Source: Anaerolineae bacterium
Lineage (GTDB): Bacteria; Chloroflexota; Anaerolineae; B4-G1; DUEL01
Length of the DNA: 52,228 bases
NCBI GenBank assembly: GCA_034435295.1
Contig: DAOTYD010000072.1
Location: 1 to 52,228 of the forward strand
Reading direction: 5' to 3'
The first letter of the stretch is position 1. Each line of letters starts with the position of its first letter. Below the pieces are notes generated by a model, which ran no database searches, was not told the DNA's origin, and worked only from the letters and a program-made list of their open reading frames with translations. Of this stretch, positions 51,954 through 52,228 are shown one piece after another. The position numbers and the translations under genes are program-made.

Positions 51954-52228
51954 TCAGCGCAGCGCGGCCTCCAGCAGCGCCTGGCCGAGTTCGGCGGCGC
52001 GAGGGGGGGCAGCGGCGTGCTCCAGCAGTACCACGACGGCGTAGCGCGGCTCTTCCGCCGGCGCCACGCCGAGGAACCACCTGTGCGGCGGGCGGCCCTG
52101 CCCGGCGACGGCGAGTCCCTCGTGTCCCAGCACAGCAGGGCTATAGCTCTGCCAGCTCGACAGGATACGGCGGGCCAGCTCGGGCGAGAGCACCAGGCGT
52201 GATTCGCCCCTCGGCTGCAGCTCCCGCC
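51954..52228 (-). CDS. Penicillin-binding protein transpeptidase, C-terminal end (partial, continues beyond the window)
   Basis: HRWFLGVAPAEEPRYAVVVLLEH....AAELGQALL matches the conserved PBP2/FtsI C-terminal block (HAWF.GFAP...P..AV.V..E). The frame is open to the window edge. Confidence 0.6.
   Translation of the reverse strand, partial: RELQPRGESRLVLSPELARRILSSWQSYSPAVLGHEGLAVAGQGRPPHRWFLGVAPAEEPRYAVVVLLEHAAAPPRAAELGQALLEAALR

Overview
High-GC (roughly mid-60s %) chromosomal segment. The gene content suggests a filamentous Chloroflexota-like organism: a T-box leader, mvk plus isopentenyl-phosphate kinase, PT-rich linkers, and several -10 boxes only a few nt upstream of start codons (leaderless-type geometry). 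This taxon call is inference only. I support about 46 protein genes, 1 tRNA, 1 T-box leader, 2 pseudogenes, and many promoters, terminators and repeats.

Gene content in order:
- comEA.
- A Roadblock/LC7, V4R and REC-degenerate-GGDEF signalling trio.
- A GT2 polyprenol-P-sugar synthase translationally coupled to a 1408-aa YfhO(GT-C)::Wzx-flippase fusion.
- A tightly overlapping minus-strand operon: rseP, HEAT, MA-peptidase, DEDD exonuclease, PflX-type radical SAM, acyP, FecR/CBM membrane protein.
- A 13.5-kb co-directional array: Lrp regulator, APC permease, metallophosphoesterase, NTase-like protein, tungsten-type aldehyde:ferredoxin oxidoreductase, polyferredoxin, three different class-III aminotransferases, Na+/solute symporter, saccharopine-dehydrogenase-like enzyme.
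- ubiA-like, mvk, ipk.
- A Phe-specific T-box, a frameshifted DUF3800 gene, then pheS-pheT.
- pepA.
- A decayed AbiEi/AbiEii pair next to tRNA-Phe(GAA).
- pgeF-yggS-yggT-DUF167.
- A ParA-like ATPase coupled to a LysM protein, a clan-A-like glycosidase lipoprotein, a PIG-L deacetylase, a GNAT, and the 3' end of a PBP gene.

The most unusual signals are not ordinary genes:
1. A family of locus-specific 7-, 8- and 9-nt tandem-repeat tracts, often arranged as inverted arms. They sit at operon junctions and also in frame inside pheT and the YfhO fusion. One tract is flanked by a 30-34 bp duplication that copies the start codon of a gene whose promoter geometry looks leaderless.
2. A modular REP/MITE-like repeat family present at three loci.
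3. A Phe T-box physically separated from pheST by a low-GC insert.
4. The aminotransferase/AOR cluster, which looks like an undescribed ferredoxin-linked amine catabolic pathway.

All functional calls come from motif recognition by eye. No database search was run.
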